Assembly (NCBI GenBank): GCA_951406725.2
Contig: OX597820.1
Location: forward strand, 86,986,001-87,050,000
Length of the DNA stretch: 64,000 bases
Reading direction: 5' to 3'
Source of the DNA: Octopus vulgaris
Lineage: Eukaryota
In this document: one piece after another, positions 39,972 through 53,544 of the stretch
Layout of the letters: each line of letters opens with the position of its first letter
Position numbering within the stretch: position 1 is the first letter of the stretch
The notes under the pieces: model-generated
What the model was told of the DNA's origin: nothing
Seen by the model: only the letters and a program-made list of their open reading frames with translations
Databases searched by the model: none
Made by a program: the position numbers and the translations under genes

Positions 39972-42900
39972 ATATAAATACAGACATATAATTTTGATCA
40001 ATCGTTAATCTTGGTAATGTCAGAAGACTTATTCAAGTACAATTATGTCTTGTGTTTAGTATTTTATTGATATTTCCGGATTGTCAGTGGTCGTATATTC
40101 CATCTTGACGATCGAGCTAGTTGCTGTAAGTAAGCTGCCTCACACCTATTATACTCTACTGACGATGAAGCTCCTGTAACGAAGTTTTTTTTAGGTGATT
40201 TTAACGTCTTTAACAGAAACTAGTTTTACATTCGTATTATATTAAGATAATGTATAAAATTACCGGTGTTGTTCGAATTTCGGTTAACGTTTTGAAAGTT
40301 GAAAATATCTTTCTGCATTGTTTAGAAATCTATTCGCTGTGAATGCTGAAGTATGGTATCTTTCGAGTTAAATGTTAAACGTTAAAGCTAGTTCTAAAAT
40401 AACAATAGGACATTTACTGATGAGGTGACTCGATGTAAGAAGGCTTACAAATGTACAATGACGGTGTCTGTCCCTGTTCTGCCTTTAACAATGTAAGTCT
40501 TCAGCATTTACTATCATCGTTGATAGTTTTGAAATTTTACAGAAATTATGCTTTTAAAGTAAGATACTGTTAAACGAATGATTTTGTATAGGACTATCGA
40601 AGGAAACCATATTTTTAATTAATGATTGATACAGCTCAAAGCAATGCCCTCTATAATATTGACTTTTAAAACTGATACGCAGACAAATATTTTGATAGAA
40701 AGTGTATTTGATAAGATCCACTACGGTTTATTCCCGGAACATTATTTTATCAAGTCCAGAATGATGAACGATAATGTTATGTAAAGCGTGATTAAAGCTC
40801 TGCTTTCTATATTATTGATTTTTGATTTCTAACACTGGTACAGGAGGATATATTTGGCGCAATCAATCTAAGTAATTTACTCGTGTTTTAGGTTAACTAA
40901 CCCTGGAAGGATGGAAGAAGTTGCGGTAACGAAATAGGCATTTTATCCTAAGCTCTTCCACCAATTTTTCCAACTCTCTACCAGTTTTGCCAACCCACCG
41001 CCTTGTATTGTCTATAATGCCAACGTTACGTGCTTGGATATAATGCTTCCAAAGTTCCAGATATTCTGATTGTGTAAGGGTTTCATATAATACTTCATTT
41101 TCGCAGTGATAGAACATGAAGCATTGTTACGTTAAGCATTACATTATTATCCTGTCACTAGTCATACAAAGATCCCGGTCTTTATGTAGTTTTAAACAAC
41201 TTTTGCTTCTAGAAAGAATCAAAACAAAGTTGACTTCGATGGGATATGAATTCAGAACGTAAAGAGCTGTAACAAATACAACACTGATTCTACAATCGCC
41301 TGAATAATACTTATACATAAATAATAGATTAGGTTATATGATATGTGGTGGAAGCATAATTAATCTCCTGAGATTTTCTTTGGTCTTTATTAAATGGGTA
41401 ATCCATTTAGGAAGAAGACAAAGAAAAAAAGTAGAACTTTCTAACGAAGGAATTTAAAGACTGTACTAAGTAATAACGGTTCCAGTTTTCGGCACAAGGC
41501 CAGCAAGTTCCGGAGGAGGGGGTAAGTCGATTACATAGATTACAGCAGTGAGCTGGCAGAATCGTTAGCACACCAGGCAAAATGATTAGCGACATTTCGT
41601 CTATCTTTATGTGCTGAGGTTGACTTTGTCTTTCATCCTTTCGGAGTCGATAAAATAAGTACCTGTCAAAATCAGTGGTTAATTGAATAAAGTGCACACG
41701 CGCACGCACTTACACACACACACACACACACAGAATCTCTCTCTCTCTCTCTCTTTCACACACACAAAGACAGCAAATTGTGTCCTTAGCTGCCTTGCGA
41801 TTATCTGGATCAGCGCTTCTTAAACTGAGGTGTACACACACTCCTAAGGGTACGCAAGAGAAATTGCAGAGGTACGTGAGGTTTGTAAAAAAACCCATGA
41901 AAGTTGGAATAATTACAACGAGCTAAACGCAACTCGTATATACAAATGTATGGAGAGCCTTTTACCGTTCCCATCCATTTATCGCTGTAAATATATATTT
42001 TTTTTATTGCCCACAAGGGGCTAAACATAGAGGGGACAAACAAGGGGACGAACGGATTAAATCGATTACATCGACCCCAGCGCGTAATTGGTACTTAATT
42101 TATCGACCCCGAAAGGATGAAAAGTAAAGTCGACCTCGGCGGAATTTGAACTCACAACGTAACGGCAGACGAAATACGGCTACGCATTTCGCCCGGCATG
42201 CAAACGTTTCTGCCAGCTCGCCGCCTTGTAAATATAGCTATGTTTATTATCGCTGTAAATATAGCTATGTTTATTATCAAAAACAAATTTCCTCACCAGA
42301 CTGTCAACCGCATTCAGATATCTGAAACTGCAGCAAAACATATTTATAACAGATCTCTTTATATCGTTTTATTATACGGCAACTTCAGTTTGGCTTCAAT
42401 TAACGAAACGGGGCTTGTCGAAATTGAGTAGTACGTTTTCTGCTTTTTTCTTTTTTTGTTGTCTTTTTTGTGGGGGTGTTTGTATGGTAAAAAGCTTGCT
42501 TACCAACCACATAGTTCCGGGTTCAGTCCCACTGCGTGGCAACTCGGGTAAATATATTTTACTATAGCCTCGAGTCGATCAGAACCTTGTGAGTGGGCTT
42601 GATTGACGGAAACTGAAAGAAGCCTGTCGTATATATATACATATATCTGTGTGTGTGTGTCTGTGTGTGTGTCTGTGTTTGTCCTCCACCACCGGTGCTG
42701 GTTTACCTATGCCCTCGTAACTTAGCGGTCGGCAAAAGAGACCGATAGAATAAGTAGTAGGCTTTACAAAAATATAATAAGTCCTGAGGTCGATTTGTTC
42801 GCCTAAAATTCTTCGAGGCGATGCCCCAGCATGGCTGCAATCAAATGACTGAAACAAGTAAAAGAAAAAATAAAAAAAAGATAAAGAATTCCTCCTATTT

Positions 42901-43104
42901 TTATCTCCGTTTCTAGTTGTACTGCACATTGCTATATCCTCGGACGGTTTCAATAATATATTCGATTTTTTTAATATTTTCTTTTGATAAGAAGTAGTTA
43001 CTCGAATCGCGCTTAACGTCTCTTTATTTTTGAAGTAAGAGGTGCTAAGTGTTTCCACACGGAGATCCTCGTGGTGCAACGTAACTGATTAAAAGATAAA
43101 TATT

Positions 43105-43166
<62 letters not shown>

Positions 43167-43409
43167 GGATAGATAGATAGATTGATTGAAAGAGAGGGAG
43201 AGAGAGAGATATGTATATATATAGGTATATTGGTGGAAACAGAAAACATAGAACTCAGAAGAATGAATACATGTATGTTTTTATTATTATTTAGCAGAAG
43301 CAACAGAGTGACTCAAGGTCCAAGAGTTTCGTGCGTTTTGCACCGACGGCACGAAACTCTCGGAACCTGAATCACTCTGTTGCTTCTGCTAAATATTAAT
43401 ATATACACA

Positions 43410-43623
43410 CAACATGACAGAAATGTTCTGTATTTAAGAAATGAGGAATTATGCACATTATTTACATTATTTACAATTGACGGATATTTGTTCTAATCTT
43501 GTTTGTTGTTAACACATCGTTTCGGCTGATATACCATCCAGCCTTCATCAGGTGTCTTGGGGAAATTTCGAACCTGGGTTCTTATTCCTAAGGTATTTTT
43601 CGATGTTGTTGTTGTTGTTGTTG

Positions 43624-43674
<51 letters not shown>

Positions 43675-43750
43675 TCACTGCCTGGAATCGAACTCGGAAT
43701 CTTGGGGTTAGTAGCCCAAGCTTTTAACCACTACGCCATATGCCCACGGG
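43410..43750 (-). mobile_element. Penelope terminal repeat: tRNA-like head, (AAT/AAC)n and hammerhead motif
   Basis: A box TGGCGTAGTGG and B box GAGTTCGATTCC at about 43740-43683. GACAC-CUGAUGA-A-GGCUG..CAGCC-GAAAC-GAU-GUGUU at 43556-43511. Confidence 0.75.
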
Positions 43751-43769
43751 CATATAAATAACGTAATTA

Positions 43770-44975
43770 TTGTATGACAGAAGTAAATAGACACGACATA
43801 AAACAGTTTTATGCTTATTTTAACTTGAAAAGGTTTATATTTTGTATTAATTGACATATTTATGTTTCAAGTTCTATATGTAGTTGTTTAATCATGCTAC
43901 ATACAAAAGAAGGCTTGGAACTGTCCGAATTTCTAAGAGACCGTATTGTGAGTCAATCTGAAGGTGAACCCAGTCAGAATAAAATCGCAGAAAACCTTGG
44001 GATCCCACTTTCTACAGTTAACAGAGTGATTATGAAATTCACCAGGGAGGGCAAGGAGTCCACATTACCTCGCCCAGGTCGACTCGGGCTCTCTGACAGG
44101 ACCTTTCGCTTTGTCAAGCGAAGTTTGGAGGATAATCCTCGTTTCAAGGCCTCTGACGTAGCAGAATATGTTGATGTCACTCCCAGAACAGTTGTCAGGT
44201 ATCCCCACAAACTTGTCTACTATGGCAAAGCAGCAAGAAGGAAGCCGCTTCTTCGACCAGCCAATATCAAGTGGAGAAAAGATTGGACCAGTGAGATGGT
44301 GGAGAGGCAACTAGCATTTTGGGGCATTGTCATATTCTCTGATGAGTTCAAATTTGCTGTATTTTCTGACAGTGGTCGAGTGTGGGTTTGGAGACCCTGC
44401 GATCAAGAATTTGAAGTAAAAAGATTGCAGCCAACAATGAAACGTGGCAGTTATTCTGTGATGGACTGGGGGACAATTTGGAGCAATGGTCGATCAGAGC
44501 TGGTGGAGTTTGAAGAAAGCATAAACTCAGATCCATATTGTAGAAAGGACTCCTTCCAATCTTTTCCAGTGGTGAAATGATTAAAGAAGACTATTTTTGG
44601 AAGATGGGGCTCCTTGTCATAAGGCTAAAAAGACCCAAGGCTGGTTGGAAGAGAATGGCATTAAAAAGCTTCCATGGGCAAGCCAGTCACCAGATATGAA
44701 CCTTATTGGACACCTCTGGGTCATAATGAACAGAATGCTTCATAAAAAGAGTAAGGCATACTCAAAGCCAGATCTCTTGAGATTACTGCATGGAACTTGG
44801 CAAGAAATTCCTCAAGAGAATATTCGTCATCAGATCAGTAGCATGCCTAATAAGATCCTTGGATTGAAATATTAGATATTCACATTAAAATAATTAATAA
44901 ATAATCTGAATGTATAATTTCAGATTTAAATTAATTTTAACGTGTATAAGGGTGTCAATTTACTTCTGTCATGTG
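43770..44975 (+). mobile_element. Near full-length Tc1-family transposon with disrupted transposase (43894-44875)
   Basis: TIR ATGACAGAAGTAAAT.GACAC at both ends. Motifs [16 protein letters not shown] and SPDMNLIGHLW (catalytic E replaced by G). Frameshift near 44530-44600. Confidence 0.92.
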
Positions 44976-45239
44976 TATATATTTATACCCATACAAACAT
45001 AAATACGTACATACATACACATATAATCTATTTTATTCTTTCCTGTCTTAGACAGTTAGATATGATTTGAGGGATATTTGGTTGCTATATCTTAAGAAGT
45101 TGAGCGACTAGGTAGAAGCTCCTTTTAAACTATTAGTTCTATCAGAGACTGCGTGGGTGGCGCCATCAAAGGCAGTTGAGATGAATAAACTAAGAGGCGC
45201 TGATTCATTTGTAGATTGCGGCAGGAGAGATGAGGCTGA

Positions 45240-45328
45240 GGATAATAATCATGATGGCTGTGGTTGTTGTTTTGATGTTGCTTTGATGCTAGGGGTGACG
45301 ACGACGACGACGCTGATGATGACGATGC

Positions 45329-45360
<32 letters not shown>

Positions 45361-45484
45361 ATAATGATGATGGCTGTTGTTACTATCGTGGTGATGGTGG
45401 CGGTGCTGATTGTAGTGACAATGATGAAGATTATGATGAAGATAATGGTGGTTACAGTCGCTGCTACTACTGCTGCCACTGCTG

Positions 45485-45549
<65 letters not shown>

Positions 45550-45562
45550 GTTGCTGCTGCTG

Positions 45563-45640
<78 letters not shown>

Positions 45641-45840
45641 ACAGTACAAATATTGCTGTCGTTTCATAATGATGATAATGATAACGATGATGCGACGGTG
45701 GTGGTAGTGGTGATATGATGATGATGATGATGATGATGATAATGATGATGATGATGATGACGACGACGACGACGACGACGATGATGATGATGATGACGAC
45801 GACGACGATGATGATGACGGTGATTACAACGACGATGATA
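45240..45840. repeat. Mixed trinucleotide low-complexity region (GAT, GAC, CTA, CTG)
   Basis: Directly visible. Confidence 0.95.
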
Positions 45841-46959
45841 TGTAATATCACACAATGAAACAACCATTTCCAATATTTTCTTTCTTGATCAATGCCATTC
45901 CAAAACAAACAGAGATATACAAATAGAGATAATTTCATTATTTTATTTTTATTTACTTTCAGCTTGTTTCTTCTGTTAAGCTTTGGTATTGCATTTTTAT
46001 CTATATTTTGTTCTAAGTTTCTTTCTTCTTTCTTTCCATCTATCTCTCTTTCTTTCCTTCCTTTACATCAAACTCGTGTTTACATAAAAAAGTAATTATC
46101 GATCTGAAGTCTGCCGGAATCATCTCACAACCGATAGTTCACTAAATGATTTATTAAAGTACAGTTGTGGCGATGGCTTCATATAGTAGTAATCAAACGC
46201 ATATTTATACATTCTTATATAAATAAACATATAGACACAGACATGCACAAAGAAATACATACATGCATACATAGATACATACATACATACATGCATACAT
46301 ACATACATACATACATACATACATACATACATACACACATAAAAATGTCTGGAAATTATGGGCGAGACATGCTAAGTCAAACTGCACTTCAAACAAAATA
46401 AACGCCCGTATCTTACCCTCCTAAAACGTGTGGGCCTTATTATTTATATGCATACATACGTACGTGTACATACACAATACATACATACATACACAAACAC
46501 ACACACATATGCTTATGCATGTACGTTTATAAGTATGTACATGTATAAATAGAGGGAGTAGAACGTAATATGCATATATGCATCTATATTTGTTAATATG
46601 CACATGTGTGTATGTGTGTGCATGGGATTAACCAGAAGTATACAAACCTGCGTTCAATAAAATATGTGTGTATACAATCATATTTAATACGTTTGTATAC
46701 ACACGAACGTAGGAAGACCTTTGCTGCAGAAATAGCTTCGGAAAAAATTCGACTTACGACCACAATTGGTTCCGACTGACTGGTCGTAAGTCGATTTGAT
46801 CGTAAGTCGATTTGGTCGTAAGTCGACCTATATGCTTACATAGCTCTGTTTTATATTTTTACATCCTTAAGGTACATTCTCAGGTAAAAGTCATGCATAG
46901 CATTCTGTATTATGCTATTATACTGGTGTTTCACTTGAAAAAGAAACAGAGAATGGCGG

Positions 46960-47332
46960 AGAGATGCTGTCCTCGAATGTGTTTATTGAAAAGTGTGTGT
47001 AAGTTGCGAAAATGGAAAGAGTGGATGGTACCTCTCTAAGTGTAGACCTTTGAGTCGGAGAGAAGAAATTGGAGAAGGCACTTGCTCCTAAGTTTTCAGG
47101 GCACATGCTCCCCAGGGCACTTGCTTCTAAGATTCTTCGATTATCCCTAGAGGACTTCCTGTATCAAGAGGGCCACATCTCTATCATCCTCCCCGTCATT
47201 CTTTTTTTTAGCCTTTGTATACTATGCATATGCTCCATCTTTTTCAGTGTATACCGTGTATACTTAGTAACACTTTATGTCTGTCTCTGTATTGTACACC
47301 CCATCCTTCGCCTTTGTGGCAAATAAATGAAA
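46960..47332 (+). mobile_element. Probable L1/Tx1-type LINE 3' end
   Basis: Decayed ORF end, then a pyrimidine-rich UTR, AATAAA and an (ATC)n tail. Family assignment is an inference. Confidence 0.4.
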
Positions 47333-47484
47333 TCATCATCATCATCATCATCATCATCACCATTATTATTATTATTATCATTCTTTTTATTATTTTTGCA
47401 AATTATACAGTGAAAATATTGTGCTGCTCTATGATGCCTGTTATTATTATTATCATCATCATCATCATTATTATTATGTTATCT

Positions 47485-48552
47485 TTTTTTCTTCTTCTTT
47501 CAAATTTGTTTCCATTTCTTGCCGAGTGTCTTCCGGAATCCTAGGGCAAAGAAACTCATAATATACATTGGTAGGCCATTAAACTAAACTCACTAGTTCG
47601 TTCATTTTTTTTTTTAAATTAAATTAAAATACATGGGTAGTAATAGTTCTCACATCGACAATGCTCTTCTCAATACGTGTGATGTACCAGTTAAGACAAT
47701 ATTTTGCACTTCTTGCAGGGATGGTAAGCCAGGGATCATTCTCATATAATTTTCGGTTCCCTTCTTGATCATTCCTAGTGCTCCTACGATCACTGGTATT
47801 GTAACCGCCTTGAGATGCCACATTTTCTCAATTTCAATGAGCAGGTCTTTATATTTTCTGAGCTTGTCAAACTCTTTCGCCGAGATATTATGATCACAGG
47901 GGATGCTCATGTCGATCAATAAGCAAACTTTATTGTTTTGGTCTTTCACAACAATATCTGGTTTATTGGCTTTGATGGTTCGGTCTGTATGTACTGGGAA
48001 GCCCCACAGAATCGTTACATTTTCTCCTTCAGTTACAGCTTCAGGGTGGTGATTATACCACTTGTCGGCAGTTTTGATATTGTAATGCCGACTTATTAGC
48101 CAGTGTAGATATTATCCAACTCTGTCATGTCTTAATTTATACTCCACTGGTGCTAAGACTTTACATCCAGAGATTAGGTGGTCCACTGTTTCAATCATGT
48201 CGTTGCAGATTCGGTATTTTGGGTCTGCTCCATTTTTCATCACATTGGCCTGGTAGTTCCGAGTTAATAGGCTTTGATCTTGAGCAGCCAGGATGAAACC
48301 TTTCTCTCTGCTTTTAGCCCTGAGCTCCGTAGCCACTGATGGGTTTGCTTCTGGTCAACATCAGCTTCTTTGCTGCGTTTGCCGTGCAGAGGTTTCTCCT
48401 CCCACCTATCAGCCAATTGCTCGTGCGCTTTTTTCGTAGCCATTATTTTCACCTTCTTTGCAACAATAGTTGCCGTACTTCCCTCGGGTTGTTCAGTTTG
48501 GGTATCCTGCACGGGATCAATAGCAAATTTTTTGCTTTCCTTTATGATAGAA

Positions 48553-48553
<1 letters not shown>
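47485..48553 (-). mobile_element. 5'-truncated R4/Dong-like RLE non-LTR retrotransposon in (TAA/TGA)n
   Basis: Motifs KPLHGK, GFILAAQDQSLLTRNY, zinc-finger remnant RICNDMIETVDHLISGC, RHDRVG, NKPDIVV..LLIDMSIP, K..KY and PVIVGALG. Confidence 0.9.
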
Positions 48554-48599
<46 letters not shown>

Positions 48600-48600
48600 G

Positions 48601-48636
<36 letters not shown>

Positions 48637-48852
48637 CGTTATCATTGTCATTATTATTATTATTATTATTATCATCATCATCATCATCATCATCATTATT
48701 ATTATTATTAGTCAACTAGTTAACGATTTAGGCAAATAACTAATCGATTGTTTCATTAATCGCTCGGTCATTCTATCAGGTTAGTTCTACAGAGAATTTT
48801 CACCGACCTCGCCAATGAGTTCGCCGCGCTACTACAGGTAAAATTCAAAGTT

Positions 48853-48918
<66 letters not shown>

Positions 48919-49387
48919 CCCCCCACCACCATCACCACCATCACCACCACTACTCCTTTCTTTCTTCCTCTCTCGCACTACTAATGAACTTTGAAAGATA
49001 ATGTTTTATCCGAAAGAAATATTTCATTATACACCTCCCTCTAGTTCCTTCTTTAATTTAATGTCACGTAAAGTTTAATAGAATCTAGTCTTCTAACAGC
49101 TTTGTACTGAAGAGACCTAAAGAGATCGAAATAGCGGCTATATATGGATGCTTAGGATTCTATGATTAACAGGAAAAAAATAGAATATTTTACTAATTAC
49201 AAAAAGAAATATTTTATTCCATTAATGGGAAAAAACGTTAGCAATATGTACTCTGAAAAGGCGATTCTTCTTACCAAAGAGACAATCAACTAATTAACTG
49301 ATACATATATACATACATACGTGCGTACGTATGTATGTATGTATGTATGTATGTATGTATGTATGTATGTATGTATGTATGTATGTA

Positions 49388-49459
<72 letters not shown>

Positions 49460-50019
49460 TGTATGTATGTATGTAATGCATTAATAAATGTTATTTTATG
49501 TATTGTCACACAAACATAACAGAAGTTTTAGATATAGAAAGAGAGTATTGATATGTATATATGTGTGGGAGTGTATGTGTGTGAATGTGTGTGCGTTTTC
49601 ATGTGTGTACATTTATGTGTGTCGTGTGTACGTGTGTGTGTGTGTGGGTGTGTGTGTGTGTGTGTGTATTCATGTGTGTACATTTGTGTGTGTCCGTGTG
49701 TGTGTTGCTTGTTGAAGCACATATCAATGTACAGGAGCGTAATCTGATCTGTGTTGTGTTTAAATTGTGAGAGTTTAAGGAATTTATTTTCCTGTGTGGG
49801 TAGAGCGGTTTTTGGTCAGATGAAATTACATTCTCCATCCTAGGTATAAACTTTCACTTACCAAAATATGACCAAAACATAAAAAAATGGTGAAATCAAA
49901 TATCTCTCTCGCTACCTCCGCATCTGCAATCCCACAACATATATATTTACACGTATATATATATATATATATATATGCGTACATTCATGTATATATACAC
50001 ATACACACGTACATACATG

Positions 50020-50078
<59 letters not shown>

Positions 50079-50190
50079 GTACATAAAAACATTCATAAAT
50101 ATATATATAATACATATACATACACAGAGATAAATAACCTTCTATGTATCATACTTAATATAAGCATAACGGATTTGTGCGTGTGTGTGC

Positions 50191-50244
<54 letters not shown>

Positions 50245-50399
50245 GTGTGTGTGTGCACGTGCGAGTGTGTGTTTATGCGCACAAATCACTTATGATAAAT
50301 GGAAAAATTATAGCCGTTAGCAGTGCGAACGGTACTAAGTTGTATATAGATATTTGATTTGCAGTTTATTTCATTGGGAACAAATCAACTTCATGTGTA

Positions 50400-51400
50400 T
50401 TCGTTAACTACATATTCACCAGCAGCCTTCATCATCAAATTTGTTTGTGTGGTCAGGCGAAATTCATCGTCTACATCCTTTTTGAAAAATGTCTGCCGCT
50501 GTAAGCTAAATTCAATGGCTTCTTTTGAATGAAAATTGTCAATAGCAGTCTTGCGACGTTAATTCGAACCATCGATGTTTTCGATTAAGCATTCTTCTCT
50601 ATTACTGCGACAGGGGTAAAAAAAAATCATACAAGAAAAAGAACCAACTTAAACAGTGGGCCATTTCAGGAATATTTTGATTTTCTGCTCCTCGCCAAGA
50701 CCGCATATTCTGCCCCGTTCCGTTATGACGTCACATGATTCCATTAACGGCTCTCTTCTCATTGTAGCTTTTACCATTAGCTGATGATGGCATGTTTTGC
50801 AATAACTATCAGGACAACTTATGCCAGCCATTTTAGATTCACCAGCAGGGATAAGTATAAATTTACTTCACTTCATGAACAACCAGCTAATTAAGTAGTC
50901 ACATTACAAAAAGAAAGTAAAATGGCAGTCAACAAAGATCTGTTCAATAGCACGCTTACCAGCCTTCGTATTACGCAAGTTGTTTACCACACACTCTTCA
51001 GACTAGTAAGCCCTGTAAAAAATCCTGTTGCCAATACAGAAACTGCGACAGGACAACTTGAAAACTTGTTTAGGGTTCTGTTGCTCAAATCTAGCTCCTG
51101 ACACGACACCTTTGCCACTATTGTTATGATATCCGCAGTTCACATTCGTCACTGACATGTTAGACTGATCATAATGTATTTTGTTCAGCCAACATATTTT
51201 CCGTTTCTCTCCACTGACAAAATCAACTTTGAACGTAACCCTTCCTTTATCTAATCTAACATTAGCTATATGCTTAGTTAAAGAGCTATTTAAAACAGTA
51301 AGTCGTTCCTGCGAGTTCCTATAAAAAGAATGTTCACCACAACGAAATTATTTGCCTAACTACGCGAGGCATTTAAAAAGAACTTCTATTCATGCCCATA
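50400..51400 (-). pseudogene. Highly decayed DNA-transposase remnant, possibly hAT
   Basis: CGYHNNSGKGVVSGARFEQQNPKQVFKLSC resembles the hAT motif GYDxxxxMxGxxxGVxARFxxxNPxAxFxxC. Weak. Confidence 0.35.
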
Positions 51401-51888
51401 TATAAAGTATTACTCATATCGGTGACGACATTTAAAACTTCTCAAGTACTCAAGTGGCGGCGCAATGGTCCAGTGATTAGGGCAGCGGACTCGCGGGCAG
51501 AGGATCGCGGTTTCGATTTCCTGACCGGGCGTTGTGTGTGTTTATTGAGCGAAAACACCTAAAGCTCCACGATGCTCCGGCAGGGGGTGATGACGACCCC
51601 TGTTATACTCTTTCGCCCCAAATTTCTCTCACTCTTTCTTCCTGTTTCTTGAGTAACGCTGCGATGGACTGGCGCCCTGTCCAGCTGGGGGAACACATGC
51701 GCCATAGAAACCGGGAAACCTGGCTAGGTTTTGAAAAGGGCGAAAAATAAATAAATAAAAATAAAGTACTCAAGTACAGCAGTTTAAATGAAATCTGTAC
51801 ACACAACCTCTTGTACAAACATTTGCTAATGTTTCATATTACTTCGTTTAATTAAATAAATAAACCACCACTAAGACCAGGTAGGTTT

Positions 51889-51959
<71 letters not shown>

Positions 51960-52671
51960 CACATGTACACAATAAATATCTACTGTAAATATCAACGCTA
52001 TTATTTTTTGAACACACATATATAAACATACATGCATTTAAATGTTTACAAAAAGTCAGCTATAGGAAATAACTTAAGACCTATGACATTTTTTGGTTAA
52101 ATCAGGTTGGTGATGTACTGAATGACGTATACTAAAAAAAATATTAATGAATTGAAACTTTCCTTTTGGAGAAAGAAAACGAAAACCTAGCAGCATTTTT
52201 TGACGATTTTCAATGAAATGTGAAGATAATTTATATATATAATGAGATTTTTTAAAATAGCGATGCCTATGCCTACTGCATTTTAAATTGAGGAAAGGTA
52301 TTGCACAGGGATAATCTCATTCACTTAACAACATGTGTAATTGACCAAAAGGAAGGATTTCTACAATCATTGGTTGCAAATGAAGCCACAGGTGTTACAT
52401 CAGAGTTTTCCTTTTGGAAAGATATTGAAACACAAACTAGGTGGGTCTCACTCCCAGTTCTTGGATGGCCGTTGATTCTATCGAGTTCATCCACCCTTTG
52501 ACAGGTTTTGTTTTTAGTCCTGTAGTGTGTCCAACGGAAATCCCCCTCCTTACAAAGCAAGCTTGGTAGGGTTGCCGGTTTAGTCGCTGACGGCCCGACC
52601 ATGCGACAGGTTGTATTGGATAAGATGTTGGCAGTAGCATAAAAAGTGACACATACATAACACATAAACAC

Positions 52672-52830
<159 letters not shown>

Positions 52831-53172
52831 TATGTACAGACACAAATGCACACACATGTATACACATTGAATACACATATACACTCACACAAATATATAT
52901 ATTCTTTATTGCCTACAAGGGGCTAGAGATAGAGGGGACAAACAAGGACAGACAAAGGGATTAAGTCGATTACATCGACCCCAGTGCGTAACTGCTACTT
53001 ATTTAATCGACCCCGAAAGGATGAAAGGCAAAGTCGACCTCGGCGGAATGTGAACTCAGAACATAACGGCAGACGAAACACTGCTAAGCATTTCGCCCGG
53101 CGTGCAAACGATTCTGCCAGCTCGCCTCACACAAATATATATATTCATATATATATATATGTATATATATAT

Positions 53173-53211
<39 letters not shown>

Positions 53212-53544
53212 TAGATATAATATATATACACACATATATTTATGTGTATATATATATGCACACACGCACATGTATATATACACATATACACATGTACATA
53301 CATGTTTATAAATACATGCACATAGGCTCGCGCACGCACACACGCACACACACTAACAAACAGACAAAGATATATGTTCTAATGTTCCCGAAGAAGAGCC
53401 TATGATCGAAATCTTATAGACACTACTTCCTTTCCTTTCATCGAGTGTCAATCTAATAAGTACTCGGTATATTCACTTTCTTTTTTCTGTTATTCCTGTT
53501 ATACTTGCATCTGTACATACATACATACACACATACATACATAC

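Noticed and set aside
40893-41117. Protein-looking ORF MFYHCENEVLYETLTQSEYLELWKHY...
   Set aside because: Its 3' half appears to be a decayed family B SINE. No homology recognised.
43670-43745. Functional tRNA gene (also the SINE heads elsewhere)
   Set aside because: A/B boxes are present, but there is no convincing acceptor stem and the heads are embedded in repeats. Treated as tRNA-derived.
45157-45938. Long poly-T/V/I/H ORFs resembling mucin or His-rich proteins
   Set aside because: Pure trinucleotide microsatellites with no splice support.
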